The notes under the pieces were generated by a model, which saw nothing but the letters and a program-made list of their open reading frames with translations, did no database searches and was not told the DNA's origin. Positions 36,290-48,384 of a DNA stretch of 64,000 bases are shown piece after piece. Made by a program: the position numbers and the translations under genes. Each line of letters opens with the position of its first letter. The first letter of the stretch is position 1. Origin of the DNA: Octopus sinensis (lineage: Eukaryota); contig NC_043023.1 of NCBI RefSeq assembly GCF_006345805.1, forward strand, positions 6,324,001 through 6,388,000, in the 5' to 3' direction.

Positions 36290-37975
36290 TTATTGGGAAG
36301 TTTCATTTATGAGGATGTACTCCTGTATTTGTCTGAGTGTTGGATCCTCTGGGTGCTTGGATAAGATGCGGGTGTCAAGTTTACCCAGGTTGCCTCTATG
36401 TTGGTCCTTGGCATGTTGGTAGAGTATGGAGGACTATTTTTTTGTCATCATTTAGTCTTTCTGCAATGCTCCTAGATGTCTCCCCTATGTATATCATGTT
36501 CATGTCTTTACAAGCACCTTCTATGCATCTTATGTTGTGATCTACACTTCTAGTTCTACAGTTAATGCCAGGGCTAATCCTACATACCATGCAGTTATCA
36601 TTGGTGCATATGGTATTCTTAACCCTTTCGTTACTATATTTCTGACCAAATTACACCCCTTATGTGTTTCAATTAATTTCTAACGTAATCATAAATTTAG
36701 TCTGGTTTCATTAAACAACTATAACTTTTTTATTTATCAATATATCAATCTGATTTTTGGAAGATAATTTAATGAAATATTCTCAACCAATTCTATACTA
36801 TAATTTTTGTTACAAAGTGACTCTAATTGCAGGTAGATACAGGTAAATTCCACAAAATATAAAATTATTAAAATTTTGTTCAAACATCGCTATAGAAAAT
36901 GGGTTATTAGCTAATATTCAATTGGGTATATAACAAAATTTTACGATAGAATTTGTTATTCTGGGTAACTTTCTGATACCCATAATAATATTTACGGCAA
37001 AATAGTCTTAATTTCATTTAAGGTTGAGGGAAACCACAAACTATCGTTTCTTTTGCTTTGTTTACGTTTAGCGTAACGGTTCGTCTCCGCTGTAATGATT
37101 TCAAATAGGCTCATTCGAAAAAGTAAAAAGAAATAGTCTAAGGCTTTACTCTTCTGGGAAAGTCTGTGGCTTGGTCCAGTTTCTTCAGAGAAATCACCGA
37201 AAGAAACAGTTTTAAAATTTTCACTCCATTCAGGTGCCAATTTGTTTTCTTTATCGCTGTTGGAGATCTCAGATTCACTGTTTTCACTTTCGGAAAATGA
37301 AACATCAGATTCATTATCAAATACCACATGCTTTTTTTTTTCAGTCATAGAGTTAGATTTATGAAGGTCTTCAGTAGAAAATCCTTCGAATTCTGACTCG
37401 CTGCTTGATATAATGAAATTCGTATCCATTTTTTGTCAGAATTACAAATTTTGAAAACACAATAGGAACAAATTTCGGGAAAAAATCTCCCAAAATTCAC
37501 GGAATTAAAATTACACTTCGATTATTGTACAAAACTGTAGTTGAACTGTTTACGAAGTATAATACGTGTTTTCACGAATGTACTGAAGAGATTTGCTCTG
37601 ATATTCTCATTTAAATATGAATAGGTAAATTCGGGCGGCTTTGGGCGGTTTGGTTTCATAAACCAAAATTTTGTTCGGGCGGCTTTGGGCGGTTTGGTAA
37701 CGAAAGGGTTAAAGGAGTACATCCTACATAGTTGTGATCTGACGGAGTTCCCTGGCTTTTCAACAATCTTAATGTTGAGTTTGGCCTCCTTCAGAGTTTT
37801 TCTAAATCTACAGGCTAGTTCTCCATGGGCTGTGGCCTCTACAAACATCACTTCTTGATATTTTTCAGTTTTATACCACGTGTTCGCCCTGTTTGTTTTG
37901 TCACAAGCTCTTTGTATTCTATTCCATTCTTTGTTTCTATATCTAGAAATGTCTGCAAATGTCTGTGGTTTTGCC
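36290..37975 (-). mobile_element. Penelope-like element fragment split by a piggyBac (36290-36618 plus 37713-37975)
   Basis: VMFVEAT..ELA...LNIKIVEKPG..SQLC continues after the insertion as CMVC...YIGETSRSIAERL. Confidence 0.85.
36623..37708 (-). mobile_element. Internally deleted piggyBac-like element
   Basis: TTAA at 36619-36622 and 37709-37712; TIR CCCTTTCGTTAC. The transposase N-terminus (36992-37429, SSSESEFEGFS..) is homologous to 30385-30990. Confidence 0.92.
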
Positions 37976-38240
37976 ACCTGTATGGCACAATACGTGGTTG
38001 TTCAGCTTTTGGAAATCTAATACTGGCCTGACTTTATGCTTCATTGGCTGCACCACTGCCATCAGGGGTAGTACTCCACTCTCCACTTTTTCCTTCCAAA
38101 GGATCAGAATTCCTTCTTTGATCCACCTCTCCCTTGAACTCGCTTCAGTCATGCCCTTTCAAGGTATGCTGATGCCGCCGTACCATCTAACACGCCTGCT
38201 CTATATGCTGTCCACCGCTAACTGACTGCTTGCACCTTGC
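37975..38240 (-). mobile_element. LTR-retrotransposon RT fragment
   Basis: WIKEGIL...LPLMAVVQP..KVRPVLDFQKLN resembles the RT domain-1/2 region (R..DYR.LN). Confidence 0.55.
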
Positions 38241-38452
38241 CAACCCCACATGCCCACCACGGCCCTTCTGGTGGGACCCGCAGGTCCCATGTCCAACATG
38301 CTTACTCCCTCACTTCCGGTCCTTCCCTTCAACACAGCCTGGCTCATAACACCACAATCATTTAAAACATTTTTTTACAAAAATTATACAAGTATAGGCA
38401 CAGGAATGGTGAGTAGCTTGTCTACCAACCACATGGCTCCGGATTCAGTCCC

Positions 38453-39060
38453 AGGAAGGAGCTGCAGGTCCTCCTGTGTTCCTTGAATTATTACATTAAT
38501 GTCTCGCCCAAGCCAATATTGAGGGGCAGAGCATGTTACTTGTAGTATTTTAATTTTGTCTGTCCTTTTATATAACAGGGCGGCCACTACCTCTACGGGA
38601 TCTACTTCCGGCGGTGCTTCTGCAATCCTGACCCGGGATGTCCTGCATCCCCTATAGGTTGGCAGAAGTACCACCTCCTTGGTTTTTAGGGGATTCACAG
38701 AATGCCCGCGGGCCACCTCTTCCCCCGAGAAGTGGACCTCCACAGTGCCATATGCCCGTCCCCTGGCGACGTACACAATGTCCTTCCAAATCGAGGACAG
38801 GCATTTCTCGATATTATTCTTTTCAAAGTGTTTGAACCTTCTGCTTTGTGGACAGATGGTTTTAAACACTACGGTCCGCTTCTCGGTCTCCACGATACTG
38901 GCAGAGGGTGATATTTTAACATCACCACCCTCCTCTTTCATTCTTTTAAATAGCTCGACGAGCTGATTGACATTGATGTCAATGTTCTCGGTTGCCACTG
39001 TGGCTACCGTCGAAAATTTTTTACTACAGTTATCAACATTGCTCTCCTCTAGAGCACTAT
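38453..39060 (-). mobile_element. Tx1-clade ORF1 N-terminal fragment (family D), next to a plus-strand SINE-A head (~38393-38452)
   Basis: MATENIDI...ETEKRTVVFKT...LLPTYRGCRTSRVRI is homologous to ORF1 at 41161-41935. Confidence 0.8.
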
Positions 39061-39252
39061 TTAGTCCCTGCAGGGTCGACAGTTGGCAGATGACTTCTTC
39101 AGTACCATGTATGCTCCTTATACCTCTTTCACCATTTGTTATCTGTAAGGGCTGTTATGTGTTTTGCACATGCGTCGTGGCTGCCTGCTGTGTTCCTTCC
39201 TGGCTTTTATGTTTAGCCCCGAGTCAATCCAAGCACAGGCATGATGGGTACG

Positions 39253-39470
39253 CTACATACTCCCTTGGGCAGGGTGGATGGGTATTTGGTGATAGGTCTG
39301 GACAAGATCTGGTTTCGAAAATATAGTACTACCATGTAGCAAAGCTGTGAAATCCTGCAAGTTTATAATGGGATAGTGGTCTGGGACCGTGATGGTATTA
39401 AGGCATCTATAGTCCCTGCAGGGTCGACAGTTGGCAGATGACTTCTTCAGTACCATGTGTAATGGAGAAG
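39253..39470 (-). mobile_element. Gypsy RT fragment with a 49-bp duplication (39062-39110 / 39410-39458)
   Basis: RPCRDYRCLNTITVPDHYPI...GSTIFSKPDL..YHQIPIHP. Confidence 0.8.
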
Positions 39471-39864
39471 CTCAGCTCTTGGAAGCAGGATGTACAATTC
39501 TAAGCTGTAACATGTGTTTGAATTCCGCTTTTGTAACCTTAAGTTTTTCTGCTGACAAACGTCACTAGTGAGAAAAGACAGGTGGGCCCATGGTTGAAAT
39601 GTGGTGTTCTACAGTGTGAGAGTTATCTTTTCCATAGGACATGGGTTGCATTAACTCTGGGAATCACCACAACATTGCTTTCTTAAGCTGTTCTCCATCC
39701 TCAACTGTTTCATTTTCCTGTTCCTTGAGCCTTCTTTCCTTTTACTAATTGGGTCCCATATTTTTTCCCTCCAAAGGGTTCAATTCTTGTATCATATTCT
39801 GAGATTGCTAATTTCCCAGTTTCTCCTCTGTGGATCACGTCATTTTATATAGAGATTTGTGAAT

Positions 39865-40028
39865 GCGCATGGCTTAGTGGTTACGGTATTCAGCACATGA
39901 TCATAAAGTCGTGAGTTCAATTCCTGGCAACTCCTTGTGTCCTCGAGCAAGACACTCTATATCATGTTGCTCCAGTCCACTCAACAGACAAAAGTGAGTT
40001 CTACCTGTAATTCAAAAGGGCCAGCCTT
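39865..40028 (+). mobile_element. tRNA-derived SINE (family D)
   Basis: A-box TGGCTTAGTGG, B-box GAGTTCAATTCC, then gtcctcgagcaagacact. Confidence 0.7.
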
Positions 40029-40029
40029 A

Positions 40030-42646
40030 TTTGATGTTCGGATGGTCAAGTCTCTAACGAACCGCCAGCTGAAACCGCTTAAGCAGATCCACGAGATGTG
40101 AGTTCACTTTCCTATGGATCGAGCCAACACTATCGATGTGTACGTCAACGATAGCATTAAAGTCTCTTAATACTACTTAAGTCTTCGACGTCACGAGAAA
40201 GCCCTCTAGGTGCTGATAAAAATCAGTTTGGAAACCTCTAGCACAAGGTGCACAGAGTCCGATCAACCTGAAGGCCTTACTGCTGTATCTCACATCAAGG
40301 ACGACCAGCCCACCTTCAGGGTCCACATAGACTGTACTTGTCTGCATAGCCAAGCCTATACGGATCAGTACCACTACACCCCTCGCCCTCCAGTCTGACC
40401 AGGAGACATGAGTTTCTCGTAGCCATTCAGGAGAGGCGAGAAGGTTTGTAGACTGTCCAGCTTGGTCTCTGTAGCAACCATCACATGCATATCATGTGAT
40501 CTGAGATCGTCGAGGAAACACGCCTGCTTCCACTTCGAACTCAGACTACGCACATTCAAACAACCAAGGTTAAGAGACACCGTTACAATAAGTAAAGGTT
40601 CTACTTACATTTCTTTGGAGATTTGGGGGCTGACCTTACCACATGTGGATCCGTCCCCTTCTCGTCTCTCTTCGCGTAACCCGGTAAATCCACAATCTTC
40701 CATATGGCCATCTGGTTTCTGTCCTTTAGTTCCCGGTATAGGGATTCTTCTACCCTTGCATATCTGTTCTTCAAGTCATGGTGTTGGATGTGCAGCATAG
40801 TCTTTTTGTGTTTTACAATGGCGTCACTTGTATACGTGTCTGTCGTATCGTATTCCACCAACATAACATTTTTGTTTTCTTCCGGGACAGATGGGCAGGG
40901 TTTCTTTTTTGGTGTCTGTGGTGCGTTTTTTCTGTTTTGTGTGGGGGATATGGGTGGTGAAGGTCTACGGGAACGTTTCTTTCCCACTAGTGTGAATCCA
41001 CCCTCTGAAACCTCCATGGTGTTATCTGAGGGGTTGGTGGCAGTTTCTTTCGGCGCAGTGTTTTCCGTTGGTGCCGGGTCTTCCAAGAGGGTTGGGTCAT
41101 TTTGTTTATGTAGGGACTTGTGCGTGCCGGGGCTGGGTTTTTCTGTGCTTTGTTTGGGGACTAGCACCTCAACAATGGGGGTGGGAGTTTTTGTGTTTGT
41201 GGGGGTTGGTGTGTTTGCGGGGGCGGGTTTTTTTTGTTATTTGATGGGCCTGGTGTTTGCAACAACTTTTTTTTTTCTTCACAGTCAGCTCGAATGTGGC
41301 CCTTTTTTCCGCATTGGTAACAGGTGGGCTTACGGCCTTCCACCTGTACCCTAAGGGCCACATTCTCCCCAACGAGTACTCTCTCTGGTAGGGCCTGAAT
41401 GTCCTCCTGTTTGCCTTGTATTAAAACCGTTATGTTCCGCCCTAACCAATTCTGTGGGGCAGAACTTGTGGTCTGTAATATGTTAATCTGGTCCGTCCTG
41501 TTAAACAACAGGCTGGCCACCACTTCTTTCGGGTCTACTGTGGGTGGGATTTCGTTAATCCTTACACGGGATGTTCGTCGCCCCCTGTACGTTGGCAAAA
41601 GTACCACTTCCTTGGTCTTCAGGGATCACACGGCGTGCCCGCGAGCCACCTTTTCCTCTGAGGATTGAACCTCAACGGATCCGTATGCCTGCCCCTCGAG
41701 ATATACACTATATCTCTCCATATCGGGGCCAGGCATTTTTCAATGGTTTCCTTCCCAAAGTGCTTAAACCTTTTGTCTTGTGGGCAGAAGGTTTTAAACA
41801 CCACGGTCCTCTTTTCCGTTTCTAGCACGGTGGAGGAGGGCGATATCACAACATCGCCTCCCTCTTCCGTCATTCTCTTAAAATATCCCTGCAGCATCTG
41901 CAGAGATATCTATGTTTTCAGTTGCTACTTCTGCAACTACTGAAAACTTTCTCAGCGTTGGCGCAATTGCCAACATCAACATTACTCTCTTCAAGAGTAG
42001 ATTTTTCATGTATTATTTCAACCGACATGGTTGAAAAGTAATTGGTTTCCCACAAAACTGTGAGACCTTTCGAAAAAAGAAATTTTCCTCTCACAGAGGA
42101 CAAAAGAAATTAATTTTTTAAATGCTCGCAGTCCTAGGTTCAAATCCCACCCCCGCTGGGGGGGTGGGGGTGAGACGTAGCAACAAAGTCTACGACGATT
42201 TGAAATTAATTTTTCCACCACAATGAAATCCCCAAAAAGGGAAACCTATATTTTTTCCAAAACACGACGACAACAGTTCAAATCTCGCCCGTGTTACGGG
42301 TGGATGTCACAATAGAGCCTACAATGGCTAAAATTTAATTTTTTCACAACAACAATTTGCTATCCCAAAAACGGGAAGCCTATAATATTTTTTTTTCCCT
42401 CTTAATAAGGATAACAGTTCAATTGCAACCGGGGGGGGGGGCACAACAATAAAGCCTACAACGGCTTTAACAAGTTCAACAATATTAATAATTCAATATT
42501 AATTATTTTTTTTCCTTACAACAATTACTTTTCGGGAAGAAAGCACAAAAGTTCACAAAAATATTCAACAATAAACTAAACAGCAGAAAAATTATCTGTG
42601 TGACTCACCGCAAAAAAAACACGTCCGAACACGTCGAAGGTTAGGG
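40030..42646 (-). mobile_element. Tx1-clade LINE (family D): 5' UTR, frameshifted ORF1 and endonuclease start, 3'-truncated
   Basis: VEGRKPTCYQCGKKGHIRADC; LGCLNVRSL..ATETK..DPEGGLVVLDV. The 5' end abuts a SINE-A head (42647-42679). Confidence 0.88.
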
Positions 42647-43440
42647 AGCTACTTACCACGCAGCCACTCCTGCGCCTATATAAAGCTTTACATATTTTTC
42701 ACCAAACTTTTTATATTTTACTTTTTCTCTAGCAGCCAACTCCAGAACCCTCGGTTTCTTGTAAGCACGATCTGATGCATCAGTCTCCTCACCTGTAGTT
42801 TCCTGTTGGGAAGAGGCCTTTGCCGTACTGTTTGTTGGTTTGCTGAGGTTTGCATCTAAGGATCATGTGTTTTATGATCAAATGACCCACTGTTTGATTA
42901 CTGCAGCAATCTTGTTTCTTTGCATTCATTGATTCATTGAAAGGTCTTTTCTTTACTCTTTTATCGTTTACTTGTTTCAGTAATTAGATTGTGGCCATGC
43001 TGGGGCACCGCCTTAAGGAATTTTTTTACTAGAACGAATTGACCCCATCCTCAACTTTCATTCTCCTGTTCCTCCTGCTTGATCCACTCTTTCCTTTTAC
43101 CAATTGGGTCCCATATTTTTACCTTCCAAAGAGTATCTATTTTCTCTATTAAGCTTGGTTCTGATTCTATCAGTCTCTTTCTGCTGAACCACTAAGTTAT
43201 GGGGATGTAAACATACCAATACCAATAGTCAAGCAGTGGTGGGGGACCAAAACAGGCACGAAGACACACATCTATCTATCTGTATGTGTGTGTGTGTGTG
43301 TTTATTTTTTTAAAGTCACTACAAGGATATATAAATCACTTATGGTGGATGGTTTCATCCAAGTTACACTGGTTTCATACATTGTTGAGAAATATCTCTT
43401 CAATATAAAGATAGGTATGTTATAAATCCTCTTTTTTTTT

Positions 43441-43669
43441 TTACTTGTTTCAGTCATTTGACTGTGGCCATGCTGGAGCACCGCCTTCAGTCGAGCAAAT
43501 TAACCCCAGGACTTATTCTTTGTAAGCCTAGTATTTATTCTATCGGTCCCTTTTTGCTGAACCGCTAAGTTACGGCGACGTAAACACACCAGCATCAGTT
43601 GTCAAGCAATGTTGGGGGGACAAACAGACACACAAACATACACACACAAACATACACACGCATACATAT

Positions 43670-43735
<66 letters not shown>

Positions 43736-44118
43736 TTATAAATGAGGGTGAAAAATTGATATTAATTTAATAATACCATTAATTTAACACCGAGTGGCTT
43801 AGCACAAAAAACGAGGGAGAAAATACAAATTTATACATAAATTATTAGAGAGTTACCACTATGTGGATAGCTCTAGTGCTAAAAATAGCTCCGATAGTAT
43901 AGCCACAGAAATTATGTTTCCAACTAGAAATAACATTACATTTAACGGAAGGAAAGTGAACGAATAAATAGATTGACCCTGAACAATTGTTTCATTACTA
44001 ATATAATATGTAATTTTACTTACATAAACATCTATAAATCATCAGCAGAGGTTTGTCTTAAATACAATTTATTAGACCAACACGAACGTCAATTACACGT
44101 GGTAACTCTCTAATAATT

Positions 44119-44159
<41 letters not shown>

Positions 44160-44250
44160 ATATATATGACGGGCTTCTTTCAGTTTCCGTCTACCAAATT
44201 CACTCACAAGGTTTTGGTCAGCCTGAGGCTATAGTAGAAGACACTCGCAT
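43441..44250 (-). mobile_element. SINE family A with an insertion in its microsatellite; a further degenerate copy lies at ~42955-43290
   Basis: Homologous to 23740-24107 on both sides of the 43740-44126 insert. Confidence 0.75.
43832..44126. mobile_element. 295-bp element with 28-bp perfect inverted termini and an internal hammerhead-like motif (43977-44050, minus)
   Basis: TATACATAAATTATTAGAGAGTTACCAC at both ends. Minus strand reads CTCTG-CTGATGA...GAAAC AATT GTT-CAGGG. Confidence 0.75.
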
Positions 44251-44799
44251 AAACCTTTTATTTATTTTTACCATTGGTAAGCAAAAAATGTTGAAACCGG
44301 TTCGGTATTTGAATAAATCGAATAAAAAATGTTTAAATTACTACACGTTTTGAGATTCAGGTGCATTTTCAAACCCCAATACGAATTCTCCTATATTTTT
44401 TCTTGTGTAGGAATACACTTCTTCTTTCCATATATATACATACATACATACATTTATTGATATACATATGTACATTTATATATGTGAATATATATCTCTA
44501 CTTATCCATCCATCTGCCTGTGTGTGCGTGTGCGTGCGCGCGTGTGTGTATTTCTTTTACTTCCGCTTTTTCATGTTAGCAGAGGTTAGATGAGTACATA
44601 TTTACTCAGGTATTGTTTTTAAAGCTTCATTGCCTTCTCTAATTAACTCTAACCCACAACCAAACCTTGTAATTTAAAACAAAAAATGCAACATTTTTTT
44701 TATCAGTTTTTTTTTTTTTGTCAAATAAGGAATTTTTTGTATTTTCCCTGACTTTGAAAGCAGAGCTGTCAGGTCATCTGTTGGCAGGATTATGTCAAC

Positions 44800-44917
44800 A
44801 AACATCACCATTTTTTTTTTAGCATTCTGACTATCTCTCTCTCTGTCTTTCTCTAATACACTTACATATGTATACATGAACATGTGTGTGTGTGTATGTA
44901 TGTGTGTATGTATGTAA

Positions 44918-44959
<42 letters not shown>

Positions 44960-45166
44960 ATGCATACATACATTTACATATATATGTAAATACATTTACA
45001 TATATATGTAAATGTATGTATGTTATATATATATATAATATACATACATATATATAATATACATACATGTAAATATATATATATATATATATAATATACA
45101 TACATGTAAATATATATATATATGTATATAATATACATACATACATATATATAATATACATACATG

Positions 45167-45205
<39 letters not shown>

Positions 45206-45365
45206 CCATATCATCATCATCATCGTTTAATGTCCGTTTTCCATGCTAGCATGGGTTGGACTGCTAGCATATATATATATATAATATACATACATATATA
45301 TATATATGTATATATACACACACACATACATGCACGCACACACACACACATATATATACACACAC
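44800..45365. repeat. Compound TA/CA/TACA microsatellite
   Basis: Direct inspection. Confidence 0.95.
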
Positions 45366-45794
45366 ATATACACTGTTCAATGGGGTAATGTTTATGAAGT
45401 TGTCCAATCCTGGAATATTTATAAAAATTCCTACGGAAATTCCTGTAAACCCTTTCTGATGATGTTTTTGTTTTAATAAATATATTCTGTCAAAACTCTG
45501 CTTGTTGTGTTTTCCATATTTTAAAACCTCAATTGTTCTTTTGATGTATGTTTTGCTTGTTTAGTTCATGGGCTTACGGCCATGCTGGGGCACTGCCTTG
45601 ATGAGTTTTAGTCGAACAAATCAAACCTAGTGCTTATTCTTTTTAAAGTGTGGTACTTATTTTAACAGTTTCTTTTGCTGAACTGCCAAGTTATGGCAGC
45701 GTAAACAAACCAGAGCCAACTGTCAAGCAGTAGAAGGGTGGACAAATGCAGACGCAAATATAGACACACTCACTGATACATATATGTATATATG

Positions 45795-46266
45795 GGAAAG
45801 GTTCTACTCCCTGGAGAGAAGACGGGAGAGGTATGCAGTAATATATGTCTGGAAGATCCTGGAAGGAATTGTGCCAAATTTTGGCATTGTAAGCTACACC
45901 AATGCTAGAACGGGACGACACTGCATAGTGCCAAAGATCCCAGCAATGCCATCACGCTTCAGGACCAGCTTCTGCAACAGCCTGGGTTTCAAGGGCCCAC
46001 AGCTTTTTAATATTCTCCCAAAGAGTCTGAGGAACTTGCACAAAGTAGATGTAGCGGTTTTTAAATCAAAGCTGGACATCTTCCTGTTGAGAGTCCCAGA
46101 TGAACCTACCTCACGGCAAGAGGTGCAAATGAGGGTAGCTATGTCAAACTCCATTCTTCACCAAGTGCCACATATTAGAGGAGGCTCTTCGTAATAACAG
46201 TGTAGCACAAAACGGCGGTGCATCAGCATGGCCGCGGCTCTGAGCTGGAACAAGCGAAAAAAAAAA
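45795..46266 (+). mobile_element. CR1-group LINE 3' end with poly(A)
   Basis: YSLERRRERYAVIYVWKI...GPQLFNILP...FKSKLD.FL..VPDEP, followed by an A-tract. Confidence 0.8.
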
Positions 46267-47204
46267 TTGTGTACATATGTGTGTATGTGTGTGTGTGACC
46301 TTCAAAACGTTGGGCCTTCGAATGTTGGGCCTCACTGGCAATGACAAAATATGACGAAATATCTAGAGATATGCTGTGACTGCGAAGACCCGAGAAATAA
46401 AGAGAGTTCATGGCTGTATCCTACATCAGCTTCACACAACCACCCCCAGCCCATTCAAAGTACCTTGGATCGATTGCAGGACGGCCTGCTGTGCTTACCT
46501 TGGATCATGGGGTGACCTGCTCTGCTTGTGGAAACCTATTGAGTCAAGTACATCAAAATAAAATCAAATGGAAATTGTAGTTGTGATATCCATGCCAGTG
46601 GCACGTAAAAAGCACCATCAGAACATGGCTGATGCCAGCACCGCATTGACTGGCTTCTGTGCCGGTGGTACCAACCGATAGTGGCTGTTGCCAGCCTCCT
46701 CTGGCCCCTATGCCGATGGCACGTAAAAAGCACCCACTACACTCACAGAGTGGTTGGCGTTAGGAAGGGCATCCAGTTATAGAAATACTGTCAGATCAGA
46801 CTGGAGCCTGGTGCAGCCTCCTGGCTTCCCAGACCCTGGTCGAACTGTCCAACCCATGCTAGCATGGGAAACGGACCTTAAATGATGATGATGATGATAT
46901 ATAACATCCATTGTCCATGCTGGTCAGGGTTGGACAATTTAACAGGAGCTGGCAAAACCAGGAGAGCTACCCTTGGTTCCAGTCTGATTTGGCTTTGGTT
47001 TCTATGGCTGGATGTCCTTTCTAATGCCAACCGCTTTACAGAGTGTACTGGGTGCAGTTTACATGGCACCAGGATGTATACACTTTCAGTTTCCATCTAT
47101 CAAATTCACTTACAAAACATTAGTCAGGTAAGGGCTATAGTCAGGGTTATCCCCGAAGCTTAATTGACCCTTGACCAAATCAATAGTATAGTTTTTATTT
47201 GTTG

Positions 47205-48174
47205 GGATTGTTTCCTTTTGAACGGCACTTTGTAACATAATTTCTAGTTAACTAAACACTTTCAAACTTCGTATACTGGTCGAATGTGTTTATAAAACAT
47301 CATTTTCTCTTGGTTTTATTGAGAAAATTCTATAGTTTGTAAGATATTTCGTCTAAAAATCCAAGCATTTCGGCAATTTTAACCAATCGATTACCTCCAT
47401 TGAGCTAAAATCATTTGCTGCATCTAAAACTGAGACAACATCCTGTAACTAACCCTAAACCTCCCCCCTAACCCTAACCCTAATTTTTTCTTTCTTAATT
47501 GTTAAATTAATTTGTTACGCGTGTAAAAAAAAACGAAAGCAATGGAACATGATTTAAACAATTACCAATAAAATTATAGAATATTTTGTTTGTTAATTGT
47601 TTAACCCTTTAGTATTTAAACCGGCCATATCCGGCCAAAATATTTAATCTGTTTTATGTTCAAACTGACCAGATCCAGTCTCTCACACCTACCCTACTAT
47701 GTTATTCTACATTAAGTAATTACACCATCAAGATCTTGAAGATATGAGATAATGCATGATTAATTCAAATCAATGGGAATCAATAGGCATTATGTTTGAT
47801 AGAATAATCTGAGCACTAAAGGGTTAAATTATTTTCCATTGCTTTCGGGTTTTTTTTACATGTGTAACAATTAAATTAATTTAACAATTAAGAAAAAAAA
47901 AATTAGGGTTAGGGTTAGGGGGGGAGGTTTAGGGTTAGTTACAGGATGTTGTCTCAGTTTTAGACGCAGCAAATGATTTTAGCTCAAAAGAGGGCATAGG
48001 ATTGGTTAAAATTCGAAAAATTAAACTACATTAAACTTACAAATTACAATTTTCTCAAGAAAGCCAAGAGAAAAAAATGTTTTATTTTGACACATTCTAC
48101 CAGAATACGAATTTTTAAAGTGTTCAGTTAACTAGAAATTGTGCTGAAAAGTGCCGTTCAAAAGGAAAAGATCC
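47205..48174. mobile_element. MITE with long TIRs, GG...CC termini and 8-bp TSD (Merlin-like)
   Basis: ATTTGTTG at 47197-47204 and 48175-48182. The arms are imperfect inverted repeats containing CCCTAA / TTAGGG runs. Confidence 0.8.
47605..47823. mobile_element. piggyBac-type MITE nested in the centre of the Merlin-like MITE
   Basis: TTAA-CCCTTTAGT ... ACTAAAGGG-TTAA. Confidence 0.85.
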
Positions 48175-48384
48175 ATTTGTTGACAACAAGCCACCAGATA
48201 CATAGACTAGAATTGGACCTGTGAGGCCCTTGAGCAACTGTGCAGTCTGCTCATGCTTTGAGATGGTACTGGCTATAGTAGAAGACACTTGAGGTACTAC
48301 TAAGTGGGATTGAACCTTGCTTGCAAAACAAGCTTCTTATTTTGTCTTGTCTTTTTAACATTCACCCAACCTCTCTGTATATGC

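Noticed and set aside
39470-43150. Homologous ~80-bp pieces at ~39715-39790 and ~43060-43140
   Set aside because: They probably come from one decayed TE, but no diagnostic motif allowed a call.
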